In this document: one piece after another, positions 29,936 to 38,850 of the stretch
Layout: every line of letters begins with the position of its first letter
Numbering within the stretch: the stretch's first letter is position 1
From: Nitrososphaerota archaeon
GTDB taxonomy: Archaea > Thermoproteota > Nitrososphaeria_A > Caldarchaeales > Caldarchaeaceae
Assembly (NCBI GenBank): GCA_041641305.1
Contig: JBEPYN010000002.1
Location: 128,001-192,000, forward strand
Direction of reading: 5' to 3'
Length of the DNA stretch: 64,000 bases
The notes under the pieces: generated by a model
Databases searched by the model: none
The model's input: the letters and a program-made list of their open reading frames with translations, nothing else
What the model was told of the DNA's origin: nothing
Made by a program: the position numbers and the translations under genes

Positions 29936-30945
29936 CCTGTCTTCCACTGCTCTATTATGCTTTCAACGGAGTCCTCTCCCTTTTGAGCCATGACATACCT
30001 TAGCTCTTCCAACATTTTCTTAACCGTGTAGGGTCCTCTATAAACAAGCGCCGTGTAAAGCTGTACGGTATTAGCTCCTCTTCTCAACGCTTCATATACA
30101 TCTTTGCCCGTAAATACTCCTCCTAACGCGTGGATTTCAAAATTTGAGTCAACCATTTCTCGGACGTCGGAAACAACACGGAGCATGTATGGGAAAAGCG
30201 GTTTGCCGCTGAGGCCTCCTCTGCCAGCTGAAACACGTGGCTCGTCAACCAGTAAAGCGTTTACAGCAGTTACGCCTGTGAACCCGTTTTCAAACCATGT
30301 CTTGACTACACGGTATATGGATTGTTTTTCCTCTGGGCTGTTGTGGGGAGGTATTTTGAGGTAGGTGGGCTTGGTTTTCTCGGCAGCCAGCGACTCGGCG
30401 ACATCTTTGAAAACAGCTGGCGAGAAGTAGTGTCTCAGTTGGGGTGTGTTGGGTGAGCTTATGTTTATCTCTATGGCGTCGGCGTGTTTCTGAGCCTCTC
30501 TGTAGCATTTGAGAAGATACTGTGGATTTTCGTCGGCAACACTTATCAAGACCGGAACATCATAGGGCTTGTTCTTGTCGATGTTTTTCAGAAAATCTTC
30601 TAACCCGGGGTTTGGAAAGCCCATTGCGTTGACCAGCGCCTCTTCCCTTTCTCGTCTGACAACACGTGGTTTTGGAAGACCCTTTCTACGCATCAGCGTA
30701 ACAGTCCCTGCCACAACATAGCCGAATCCGAGCCGCTGCAGAGCTTTGACGTATTTTCCATGTTTATCGAAGCCTGCCGCTAAGCCTATCGGGTTTCTCA
30801 ACCGGCCGAAACATGTGTTAACGCTAAAGCCCCCTTCATCCATGTTTACTCTAATAGGTGTGAGTGAAAGCAAACGGAGACCGAGGACATGGCCCGTCTC
30901 GGGTGGCAGCCTTCTCAGAAACGCGTAAACATATTCTGCAAGCAA
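29932..30945 (-). CDS. pyrD: Dihydroorotate dehydrogenase, class 2 (quinone)-like
   Basis: NPIGLAAGFDK, NAMGFPNPG, NISSPNTP, GGLSGKP, VQLYTALVYRGP; start moved to TTG 30945. Confidence 0.88.
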   Translation of the reverse strand: MLAEYVYAFLRRLPPETGHVLGLRLLSLTPIRVNMDEGGFSVNTCFGRLRNPIGLAAGFDKHGKYVKALQRLGFGYVVAGTVTLMRRKGLPKPRVVRREREEALVNAMGFPNPGLEDFLKNIDKNKPYDVPVLISVADENPQYLLKCYREAQKHADAIEINISSPNTPQLRHYFSPAVFKDVAESLAAEKTKPTYLKIPPHNSPEEKQSIYRVVKTWFENGFTGVTAVNALLVDEPRVSAGRGGLSGKPLFPYMLRVVSDVREMVDSNFEIHALGGVFTGKDVYEALRRGANTVQLYTALVYRGPYTVKKMLEELRYVMAQKGEDSVESIIEQWKTG

Positions 30946-31137
30946 TCTATGCCTTCTAATTATAGGGTCTTTATCAACTATACCGGATTTAAAGATGTAG
31001 CAGGATAAAGATATATACCGAATATTCGAGGAGATTTTGTGGGGATGATTGCCGCGTTTTACGCGGTCTTGATTGGGGGCTGGGAGTCTGTCTAATGGGT
31101 CAGCGGCTTTTTTCTGTGATGGATGGGAGGGTTCTGG

Positions 31138-32292
31138 ATGCGTGTGCTGGTTCTGGGTGTAGGAGCGGTTGGAGAGGTTATAGCTAAACATCTCGTAGGT
31201 GAAAGCGGAGTCTCGCTGACGGTCGCCGACATCGATGAGCTGAGGCTGAGGCGAATCAGACGCATGCTGCGGAGAAGAGTTGAGACACGGATGGTAGGCG
31301 AAAACGGCTTTGATGAACTGGTTAAAGACGTCGACCTCGTCATAAACTCTGCAAAGCCCGCGATAAACCTTGAACTCATGAGGACTTGTCTACGATACGG
31401 TGTGAACTACATGGATTTGGCGAGTGACGATATTGATGAGCAGCTGGCTATGGACAGGAGCTGGCGGCGAAAAGAAGCCCTCGCGCTAATCTGCATGGGC
31501 GAGGACCCGGGCCTATCCAACATATACGCCAGATATGCCGCGGACAAGCTGGACAGAGTTAACGCCATCAGGATAAGGGACGGAGAATACTCTAAGAGCA
31601 GAAAATATCCTCTGATAGCGTTGTTTGCCCCCGAGATTTTCTTTGACGAGATACTGTCGCCTTCTCTTGTTTACGTAAACGGCCGATTCAGGAAGTTGCC
31701 TGCTCTCAGCGGCTATGAGGTTTACGAGTTTCCGGAGCCTATTGGCAAGCTTCCGGTCTACTCCGTCAGCCACGAGGAGGTGTATACTCTTCCGAGGTTT
31801 ATCGGGAAAGGTGTTCGCTACGTTGATTTTAAGCTGGCTCTTGCCGATGAATTGATAAACGCAACCAAGCTTCTGAAACGCATCGGGTTGCTGAGGTCGC
31901 GGCGTATGCGTGTCAAAGGTGCATCCGTGTCCCCGCGAGACGTATTCTTCGCTCTCATGCCCAAGCCCTCCGAGATAGCTAAGCATATCGAGGGTTATGC
32001 AAGTCTCGTCGTCGAGGTCGAGGGAGTCTCCAAAGGAAAAACCGTAACCTACACAATATACACCATGATGAGCCATGAGCAAGCCAACAAATTGTTCAGA
32101 GTAAACGCGACCGCTTACCTGACAGGCACCGTACCCGCGGTCGTCGCGTCAATGATTGCGAGAGGAGAGATTGATGAGGTTGGTGTCCGTGTTCCCGAGC
32201 AGCTTGACCCTGTTCCAATAGTTGAGCGTCTTGCACGCCGCGAGATATTGAGTTACGTGGAGTCTTCTGAGGAAAAGTTATTGGCGGAGTAG
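31138..32292 (+). CDS. Saccharopine dehydrogenase / carboxy(nor)spermidine dehydrogenase-like NAD(P) oxidoreductase
   Basis: GVGAVG, NYMDLA, MGEDPGLSN, HEEV motifs; SD GGGAGG at 31125-31130. Confidence 0.82.
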   Translation: MRVLVLGVGAVGEVIAKHLVGESGVSLTVADIDELRLRRIRRMLRRRVETRMVGENGFDELVKDVDLVINSAKPAINLELMRTCLRYGVNYMDLASDDIDEQLAMDRSWRRKEALALICMGEDPGLSNIYARYAADKLDRVNAIRIRDGEYSKSRKYPLIALFAPEIFFDEILSPSLVYVNGRFRKLPALSGYEVYEFPEPIGKLPVYSVSHEEVYTLPRFIGKGVRYVDFKLALADELINATKLLKRIGLLRSRRMRVKGASVSPRDVFFALMPKPSEIAKHIEGYASLVVEVEGVSKGKTVTYTIYTMMSHEQANKLFRVNATAYLTGTVPAVVASMIARGEIDEVGVRVPEQLDPVPIVERLARREILSYVESSEEKLLAE

Positions 32293-32307
32293 TCTGCGTC
32301 TCTGTTC

Positions 32308-33429
32308 ATGGATAGCGACCGTGCTCTCCAGCTTTTGGAGAGGCTTGTCGCTGTTCCAAGCCTTTCGGGGCATGAGGAAAAGGTTTGCGACCTTGTAGCC
32401 GAACATGTGGAGTCTCTGGGGTTTGTTGTCGAGAGGCAGGAGGTGTATAAGACGGGGTATAACGTGGTGACGAGGCTCGGCGACGGCGGTGATGTGCTTT
32501 TCTGCGGCCATCTCGACGTGGTTCCCGAGTATGATATGGTTGACGCTTTCAGACCACGGGTTGTCGGAGACAAGCTCTACGGCCGTGGTGCATGCGACAT
32601 GAAGGGTGGAGTGGTTTCCCTGCTTCTTCTGCTCGAGGGCCTCCTACAAATGGAGCCTGAGCCGAACGTCTCGTTTGCGTTCGTGGTTGATGAGGAGATG
32701 TATGGACGTGGGGCGGCTGAGCTTATGCGTCGTGGAACACGTGCCAAGATATGCATAATTACCGAGCCAACCAGCAACCTAATCTGCGTGGGCAACGCGT
32801 CATGCATGGAGTTTAGGTTAACAGCGTCGGGTAAAAGCGGCCACGGAGCCTCACGCGCAGATGGCAACGCAGTCAAGTCACTTATGAGGTTCTACGAAAT
32901 TTTTGAAAAACGGCTGATGACGGAGCTTGACGTAAGAGGCTCTGAGTTTCCGATGTCTCCTATCATTAACCTTGAAAGGTTTGAGGGCGGCATTGGTGGC
33001 TGGTTCATTCCATCCAAGGCCTTCTGCGAAGTATTGGTTCACATGCATCCCACGATAAGCTACAGAGAAGGCTTAGATGTTGTCCGTAAGCTGGTTGGGG
33101 AGACTGCGGCGGAGCTTGGAAGCTCTGTTGAGCTGACCATGCTCCATGGATGCGACGGATTCATCTTACCGCGGGAAAACCAGTTTCTCAAGCTACTTCA
33201 GCAGGCCTACAGCGTGGAAACGGGTCAGCAGCCCAAGACAGGTTTAATCGAGTCAGAGACTGATGGGAACGCACTCTACCACAAGGGAGGCATACCCTGC
33301 ATCGTCTACGGCCCCGGCGACATATCATACGCACACTCCAGCCAAGAACACGTCTCCATAGGAGATGTTACAGCCTGCTACAAGGTGCTTAAACGTTTCG
33401 TTGAAATGGTCAGCAATTCGCGCAACTGA
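32308..33429 (+). CDS. M20 ArgE/DapE-family deacylase
   Basis: GHLDVVP, GRGACDMKGG, VDEE, EPT, GPG..AHS. Confidence 0.87.
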   Translation: MDSDRALQLLERLVAVPSLSGHEEKVCDLVAEHVESLGFVVERQEVYKTGYNVVTRLGDGGDVLFCGHLDVVPEYDMVDAFRPRVVGDKLYGRGACDMKGGVVSLLLLLEGLLQMEPEPNVSFAFVVDEEMYGRGAAELMRRGTRAKICIITEPTSNLICVGNASCMEFRLTASGKSGHGASRADGNAVKSLMRFYEIFEKRLMTELDVRGSEFPMSPIINLERFEGGIGGWFIPSKAFCEVLVHMHPTISYREGLDVVRKLVGETAAELGSSVELTMLHGCDGFILPRENQFLKLLQQAYSVETGQQPKTGLIESETDGNALYHKGGIPCIVYGPGDISYAHSSQEHVSIGDVTACYKVLKRFVEMVSNSRN

Positions 33430-33463
33430 TATAAGCAGCTGTATCAATAAATTTTTGAGACCC

Positions 33464-34828
33464 TTGTCGGATAAAACGTTTCTGGAAAAGTTTCTCTCCA
33501 TTACAAAGCGTAGCAAAGCCCTTTACGACGAGGCCCTCGGACTAACACCACACGGCGTTCACAGCAATTGGCGGATCTTCGACCCCTACCCGCTCTTCAT
33601 GAACAGGGGGAAGGGCTCGCGGATATGGGACGCGGATGGAAACGAGTATCTTGACTATAACATGGCTTTCGGGGCCCTCGGCGTCGGGCATGCCCATCCT
33701 GTTCTCGTTGAGGAGGTGAAGAAAGTTATCGAGAACGGTACAATCTATGGTTTCGAGACGGAGGCGTCGGTTAAGACGGCGAAGGTTTTGACTGAGAGGT
33801 TTGGCTACGAGAGGGTTCGGTTTGCCACCACCGGTCTTGAGGCGACGCTGCTTGCTGTAAGGCTTGCACGCGCCTTTACTGGACGCAAAAAGATTCTGAA
33901 GTTTGAGGGATGTTTTCATGGGACGCATGAGCCGCTGATGGTGAGCGTCAAGCCAAGCATCTACAGAGCAGGTCATCCTAAGACACCAAACTCCGTGCCC
34001 GCAAGCATGGGAATGCCGCAGGAGTTCGCAGACCTCGTCATAGCAGCGCCCTATGGAGACCTCGACGCAGTGGAGAAAATCATGCAGAAACATGGAAACG
34101 AGGTCGCGGGCATCATCCTCGAGCCAATAGCCATGAACATGGGTGTTGTAATACCCAGTATAGAGTTTCTAAAAGGGTTGCGGCAGTTCGCCGACGAATA
34201 CAACTCGCTCCTCATATTTGACGAGGTGAAGACAAGCGGCAAGTTTTACAGGGGCGTGCAGGAGTGGTGCGGGGTGAAAGGCGACATCATGGTTACGGCG
34301 AAGTCAATCGCAGGCGGATACCCGTTTTCAGCAGTTTTATCCAGTAAAGAGGTGTTCGAAGTTGTGGGCCCGAACAAGACCGCCCACGGCGGAACCTTCA
34401 ACTCCAACCCGCTATCGGTAAACGCCGCCCACGTCACACTCACAAAAATACTCACCGAGGAAAACCTCCGCCACGCCCAAAACCTCAGCAAACAACTCGC
34501 CAACGGGTACGGAGACATCCTCGAAGACGCGAAAATCGACCACAACATATCACACATAGCAACAAGCGGAACAATCTACTTCACACAACACCCTATACGC
34601 AACTGGCGCGAATTCGTTAGACACAACGATTTTGGAAGATGGCTGGCATGGGTTCTCGGAATGCTCACAAACGGCGTGCTTCCACAGGCGCTGGGCTATG
34701 ATGAGCAGTGGACCGTCTCCGTCCAGCACAGCAAAGAAGACATAGAAACCACGTTGGAGGTGATGAAAAACGTCGTTACAAGCCTCCGAGAATCACGGCT
34801 CCAGATTGGTGTTGAGGAAGTTCTCTGA
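33464..34828 (+). CDS. Class-III PLP aminotransferase (GSA-aminomutase-like)
   Basis: WDADGNEYLD, GHAHP, KFEGCFHG, FDEVKT, AKSIAGG, GGTFNSNP; start moved to TTG 33464. Confidence 0.87.
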   Translation: MSDKTFLEKFLSITKRSKALYDEALGLTPHGVHSNWRIFDPYPLFMNRGKGSRIWDADGNEYLDYNMAFGALGVGHAHPVLVEEVKKVIENGTIYGFETEASVKTAKVLTERFGYERVRFATTGLEATLLAVRLARAFTGRKKILKFEGCFHGTHEPLMVSVKPSIYRAGHPKTPNSVPASMGMPQEFADLVIAAPYGDLDAVEKIMQKHGNEVAGIILEPIAMNMGVVIPSIEFLKGLRQFADEYNSLLIFDEVKTSGKFYRGVQEWCGVKGDIMVTAKSIAGGYPFSAVLSSKEVFEVVGPNKTAHGGTFNSNPLSVNAAHVTLTKILTEENLRHAQNLSKQLANGYGDILEDAKIDHNISHIATSGTIYFTQHPIRNWREFVRHNDFGRWLAWVLGMLTNGVLPQALGYDEQWTVSVQHSKEDIETTLEVMKNVVTSLRESRLQIGVEEVL

Positions 34829-34873
34829 AAAAACTTTATTCCGGGAATACGTCGCATTTGTAGAAGCGTAGAC

Positions 34874-35944
34874 ATGGCAGAGGTAGAGATAAGAAACGTC
34901 AAGAAAGTCTACGAAGGCGGGGTAGAGGCACTGCGGGGAGTGAGCCTCGCCATCGAGAAAAACGAGTTCTTCTCCCTACTGGGGCCAAGCGGCTGTGGAA
35001 AAACAACGCTTCTCCGCATTATCGCGGGGCTTGAGCAACAGGATGAGGGCGAGGTGATGATAGGTGGGAGAAACGTTGACAACGTCCCACCACACAAACG
35101 TGGAGTTGGACTGGTTTTCCAAGGAACGGCCATCTTCCCCCACATGACGGTGTATGACAACATAGCGTTCGGTCTCAAAATGAGGAAGTATCCGCGGCAG
35201 GAGATACGGGAAAGGATACGAAACATCCTTGAGCTGATGAACATGCCTTTCGAGAAATATGCGTGGAAGAAGTCGCATCAGCTCAGCGGCGGCGAGAGAC
35301 AGCGTGTCGAGATAGCGCGGTCGCTTGTTATTGAGCCGAAGGTGCTGCTGCTCGACGAGCCTCTTGGGCCGCTGGACCTCAAGATAAGGCAGAAGATGCA
35401 GCTGGAGCTTAAGCGGCTTCAGAAAAAGGTTGGCACAACATTTATCTATGTTACACATGACCAGACAGAGGCCTTCGCGATGTCCGACAGGATAGCGGTC
35501 ATGGAGAAGGGGCTTGTAGTACAGTTGGGTGCGCCCGAGGAGATTTACAGAAGGCCTGTGAGCAGGTTTGTCGCAGACTTCATCGGGGAAACCAACCTGA
35601 TAGAGGGAGAGGTTGAGGAGGATGGTCTCTTTGTGGCGGAGGGGCTGCCTCCTGTGAGAATCTCCCAAGAGGCTGCGGATGGCTTGGTTGGGAAGAGGGT
35701 TTACCTATCCATCAGACCCGAGCGCATTTACCTCGGCAACTCCGTGGACACAGAGAACAAGCTCACAGGCCCGGTTGTTGACAAAACCTACATGGGCCCC
35801 TACACCATGCTTAAGATTGGAGTAGGCGGCGACATGCTGCTGACCGTCCATGTCCGAGAACCCGACCTACTCCAGAGCATCAAAGTCGGCGACCGTGTCT
35901 CAATAGGCTGGAAAGCCTCAGACTCTTACCTCATAGAGAGATGA
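34874..35944 (+). CDS. potA: Spermidine/putrescine ABC transporter ATP-binding subunit
   Basis: GPSGCGKT, LSGGERQR, LLDEP, YVTHDQ, FVADFIG, C-terminal TOBE domain. Confidence 0.9.
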   Translation: MAEVEIRNVKKVYEGGVEALRGVSLAIEKNEFFSLLGPSGCGKTTLLRIIAGLEQQDEGEVMIGGRNVDNVPPHKRGVGLVFQGTAIFPHMTVYDNIAFGLKMRKYPRQEIRERIRNILELMNMPFEKYAWKKSHQLSGGERQRVEIARSLVIEPKVLLLDEPLGPLDLKIRQKMQLELKRLQKKVGTTFIYVTHDQTEAFAMSDRIAVMEKGLVVQLGAPEEIYRRPVSRFVADFIGETNLIEGEVEEDGLFVAEGLPPVRISQEAADGLVGKRVYLSIRPERIYLGNSVDTENKLTGPVVDKTYMGPYTMLKIGVGGDMLLTVHVREPDLLQSIKVGDRVSIGWKASDSYLIER

Positions 35945-36810
35945 AGACGATGAAGCAGAGGAGGAAAACGGGGCTAATACTGTTGCTTCTTCTCCCGCCT
36001 TTTCTATTCTACATCAGCTTCTTCCTCGCCCCGTTTCTCACCGTTGTGGGTGTCAGCGTCGGCCTCATATTACCGAGCGAAGCACAGCAGGCACGCGGCG
36101 AGGTCATCACACTACGCTATTTCCAAGACGCGTTGGACCCCATCTTCATTCGAGTTCTCAGCCGGTCTCTTCTCTTCGCCCTCGCGACTTCAGCGGGATG
36201 CGTCTTGCTCGGCTTTCCCGTGGCATACTTCATAGCATTCAAAGGAGGCCGGTACAAAAACTTCCTCATACTCCTCGTCATCCTTCCTCTCTGGGTAACC
36301 TTCGTGCTTAGAGCCTATGCTGTTCTCTCACTTCTCGGACCCGAGGGGGTCGTCAACTCATTTCTCATGAACCTCGGAGTAATCAAGCAGCCCCTCTACC
36401 TCATCTACAATGAGTTCGCCGTCATGCTGGGGATGCTCTACGGATACCTGCCCTTCATGATACTCCCCCTCTATGCAAGCCTCGAAAAAATAAGCAAAAC
36501 AGTGGTCGAAGCAGCGCGAGCGCTCGGCGCAGGCCCTTTCACAGCATTTCTCAAGGTAACACTGCCGCTTAGCAAGCCTGGACTAGTCGCGGGAACGCTC
36601 CTCACCTTCATTCCCGCCGCCGGAGAATTCATCATCCCATCTTTCCTCGGAGGCCCCAACGAGGTTTTCGTGGGAACCATGATTTACTCCGCCTTCATCT
36701 CAGCACGTAACTGGAACTGGGGCTCGGCGCTTTCGCTGGTCTACATCGCGCTGGTCATCGTCGGCGTAACCCTCTACATGCGATACTCGAAAGAGGAGTT
36801 GACGATATGA
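35941..36810 (+). CDS. potB: Spermidine/putrescine ABC transporter permease
   Basis: LPFMILPLYASLE, EAARALGA, TLPLSKPG, NWNWGSA. Confidence 0.88.
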   Translation: MKTMKQRRKTGLILLLLLPPFLFYISFFLAPFLTVVGVSVGLILPSEAQQARGEVITLRYFQDALDPIFIRVLSRSLLFALATSAGCVLLGFPVAYFIAFKGGRYKNFLILLVILPLWVTFVLRAYAVLSLLGPEGVVNSFLMNLGVIKQPLYLIYNEFAVMLGMLYGYLPFMILPLYASLEKISKTVVEAARALGAGPFTAFLKVTLPLSKPGLVAGTLLTFIPAAGEFIIPSFLGGPNEVFVGTMIYSAFISARNWNWGSALSLVYIALVIVGVTLYMRYSKEELTI

Positions 36811-37580
36811 AGGCGGGAGATATTCTGCTCAAGATTGTTGTCGTCCTCATTTTCCTGTTTCTCTACGCTCCGCTGGCTGCGATGGTCATCGGCTCTTTCA
36901 ACGCGGGACGCACTATTGTGGAGTGGGTTGGCTTCACTTTTGACTGGTATGTGAGAGCGTTCTCCAACGAGAGGATATTGGCCGCTGTTTACAATAGTTT
37001 CTGGGTGGCGGCTATCGTGTCTCTCTCAGCGGTGGTGCTGGCTCTTCTCGCGGCGGTGGCTGTGTCGAGGCTTTCGCCACGTATCCAGACCGGCGTCAAC
37101 AACGTCTTCTACCTCTCTATCGTGGTGCCTGAGATTGCGGAGGCTTTGACCATTGTTCTCTTCTTTCTCTGGGTGAATGTGCCGCTTGGCGTCGGCGCGG
37201 TCATCATAGGTCATCTGGTCTGGTTTCCGCTGGTCTATGTTGTTGTGAGGGCGCGTATGGCTGGGCTTCCGAGGGTTTACGAAGATGCTGCACGTGTGCT
37301 GGGTGCATCGGGGCTGCGGACTTTCTTCAGCGTGACGCTGCCGCTGCTCATGCCTGGCGTAATCACAGGCGGTCTCCTAATCTTCACATGGTCATGGGAC
37401 AGCTTCATCAAAACACAGTTCACACGAGGCCCCGGATTCGAAACCCTTCCAGTCTACATTTGGAACGCGGTCGGTGGCCGTGGAAGAGGCATATCGCCCG
37501 AGGTTAACGCAGTTGCTACTGTCTCCCTGCTCGTCTCGGTGACCCTTGCAATTCTTTACACACGCTTTAGGTCACGGTAG
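36807..37580 (+). CDS. potC: Spermidine/putrescine ABC transporter permease
   Basis: FLYAPL...SFN, GFTFDWY, VPEI, EDAARVLGA, TLP, PEVNA. Confidence 0.88.
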   Translation: MKAGDILLKIVVVLIFLFLYAPLAAMVIGSFNAGRTIVEWVGFTFDWYVRAFSNERILAAVYNSFWVAAIVSLSAVVLALLAAVAVSRLSPRIQTGVNNVFYLSIVVPEIAEALTIVLFFLWVNVPLGVGAVIIGHLVWFPLVYVVVRARMAGLPRVYEDAARVLGASGLRTFFSVTLPLLMPGVITGGLLIFTWSWDSFIKTQFTRGPGFETLPVYIWNAVGGRGRGISPEVNAVATVSLLVSVTLAILYTRFRSR

Positions 37581-38804
37581 CTAAGCAGCCAAAACTTCGA
37601 GCCACGCCTTAGTCAACATCTCCTTCTGCTCAGGCGTCCTGTTCAGCCACATCTCATATTTCGCGATGACCTCTGGCGGCGGGTAGATGCTCGTGTCTTC
37701 CTTCATGTAGTCTGGCAGCATCTCGTAGGCGAGGCTGTTGGGTGTGACGAGGCTGTTGTAGAGAACGTGCGCCACCTGGACAGCGGGTTCGAGCAGGTAG
37801 TTCATCAGAGCGTATGCCGCGTCAAGGTTCTTTGCTGACTTGGGAATGACAAGCGAGTCCTCCCAAATCTCTGAACCCTCTACAGGGGCGACGTAATCCA
37901 CGTTGTTGGCCGAGTCCTGCCAAACCCATGTCTCACTCACCCAGAAACGCGCCTCCTCGAGGCCGGGCACAAACTCTGAGGGCCCTGCGTAAGTCGCTAT
38001 GTGAGGCTTCTGCTGAATCAGTATCTCCTTTGCCTCATTTATGTTCTCGGGAGTGATGTCGTTTATCGACTTGCCCATAACCGCTTTGATGACGACGGGG
38101 ATTGTTTCGACGCCTCCGGGGATGATGGTGGCTGTTTTCACTCCGTCCCGTGGACTGTACTTGGGGAGGAAGTGGTCAAAGTCGAAGAGCGAGTCCCTGA
38201 AGCCTGTGGGCCAATCCTCCTCAGCTATTTTGTCGGTTCTGAAGGACACCCCGGTTGTGCCGAGCTCTATGGGCACGGAGTAGCCTCTATCGGGGTCGAA
38301 GGGTGGGTTGAGGATGTCTTTTATGAAGCCTGTGAAAGCGTATCTCTTGAAGTTGGGTATGCGGTTGAGGTCGAGCTTGGTGAGGTAGCGTTCATGCTCC
38401 GCCCGCGTCATGCCTCCCATGGTTACCGAGGTTACGTCATATTGCATCTGGCCCGTGAAAAGCTTGGCGTAAACCTCGTCGCTGCTCTCAAAGGTGTCGA
38501 AAATCACTTTCACACCGGTTTTCTCCTCGAAGAATGTTAACAACTGCTCGGGAAGGGTTTCGGACCAGAAGTAGAACCTTACCTCCTTGTCCTTTATCTC
38601 ATACTGGGCGAGCTTTTCCTTCAACTCGTTTATCTCAGCCTCGAGGGCGCGTATGGTCTCGTTTGCTGCTGTCGTGGCCTGTCTCTCCAACTCACTGCGC
38701 GTAATCTGCGACCCCGCAACATATCCGCCCGCAGCGCCAACTATGCCTGCCGCGACAATTGACCCAACCGTCCTGAAGAAAGAACGTCTCGAAACCTCTG
38801 ACAT
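37581..38804 (-). CDS. potD: Polyamine ABC transporter substrate-binding protein with twin-arginine signal
   Basis: SRRSFF Tat motif plus hydrophobic helix; FWSE...FEEKTGVKV.FDTFESSDEVYAKL; IWEDSLVIPK (PotD W-x-D). Confidence 0.85.
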   Translation of the reverse strand: MSEVSRRSFFRTVGSIVAAGIVGAAGGYVAGSQITRSELERQATTAANETIRALEAEINELKEKLAQYEIKDKEVRFYFWSETLPEQLLTFFEEKTGVKVIFDTFESSDEVYAKLFTGQMQYDVTSVTMGGMTRAEHERYLTKLDLNRIPNFKRYAFTGFIKDILNPPFDPDRGYSVPIELGTTGVSFRTDKIAEEDWPTGFRDSLFDFDHFLPKYSPRDGVKTATIIPGGVETIPVVIKAVMGKSINDITPENINEAKEILIQQKPHIATYAGPSEFVPGLEEARFWVSETWVWQDSANNVDYVAPVEGSEIWEDSLVIPKSAKNLDAAYALMNYLLEPAVQVAHVLYNSLVTPNSLAYEMLPDYMKEDTSIYPPPEVIAKYEMWLNRTPEQKEMLTKAWLEVLAA

Positions 38805-38850
38805 TATTGAAATGACAGGCTGAACGCTTATAAATTTTTTCGCAAATCCA

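Noticed and set aside
30946-31191. Long N-terminal extensions of ORF-track calls for pyrD (also gabT 46621-46893, coxL-like 42324-42437, aminotransferase 33365-33463)
   Set aside because: They overlap neighbouring genes or promoters and precede the homologous region; downstream starts fit TATA spacing.
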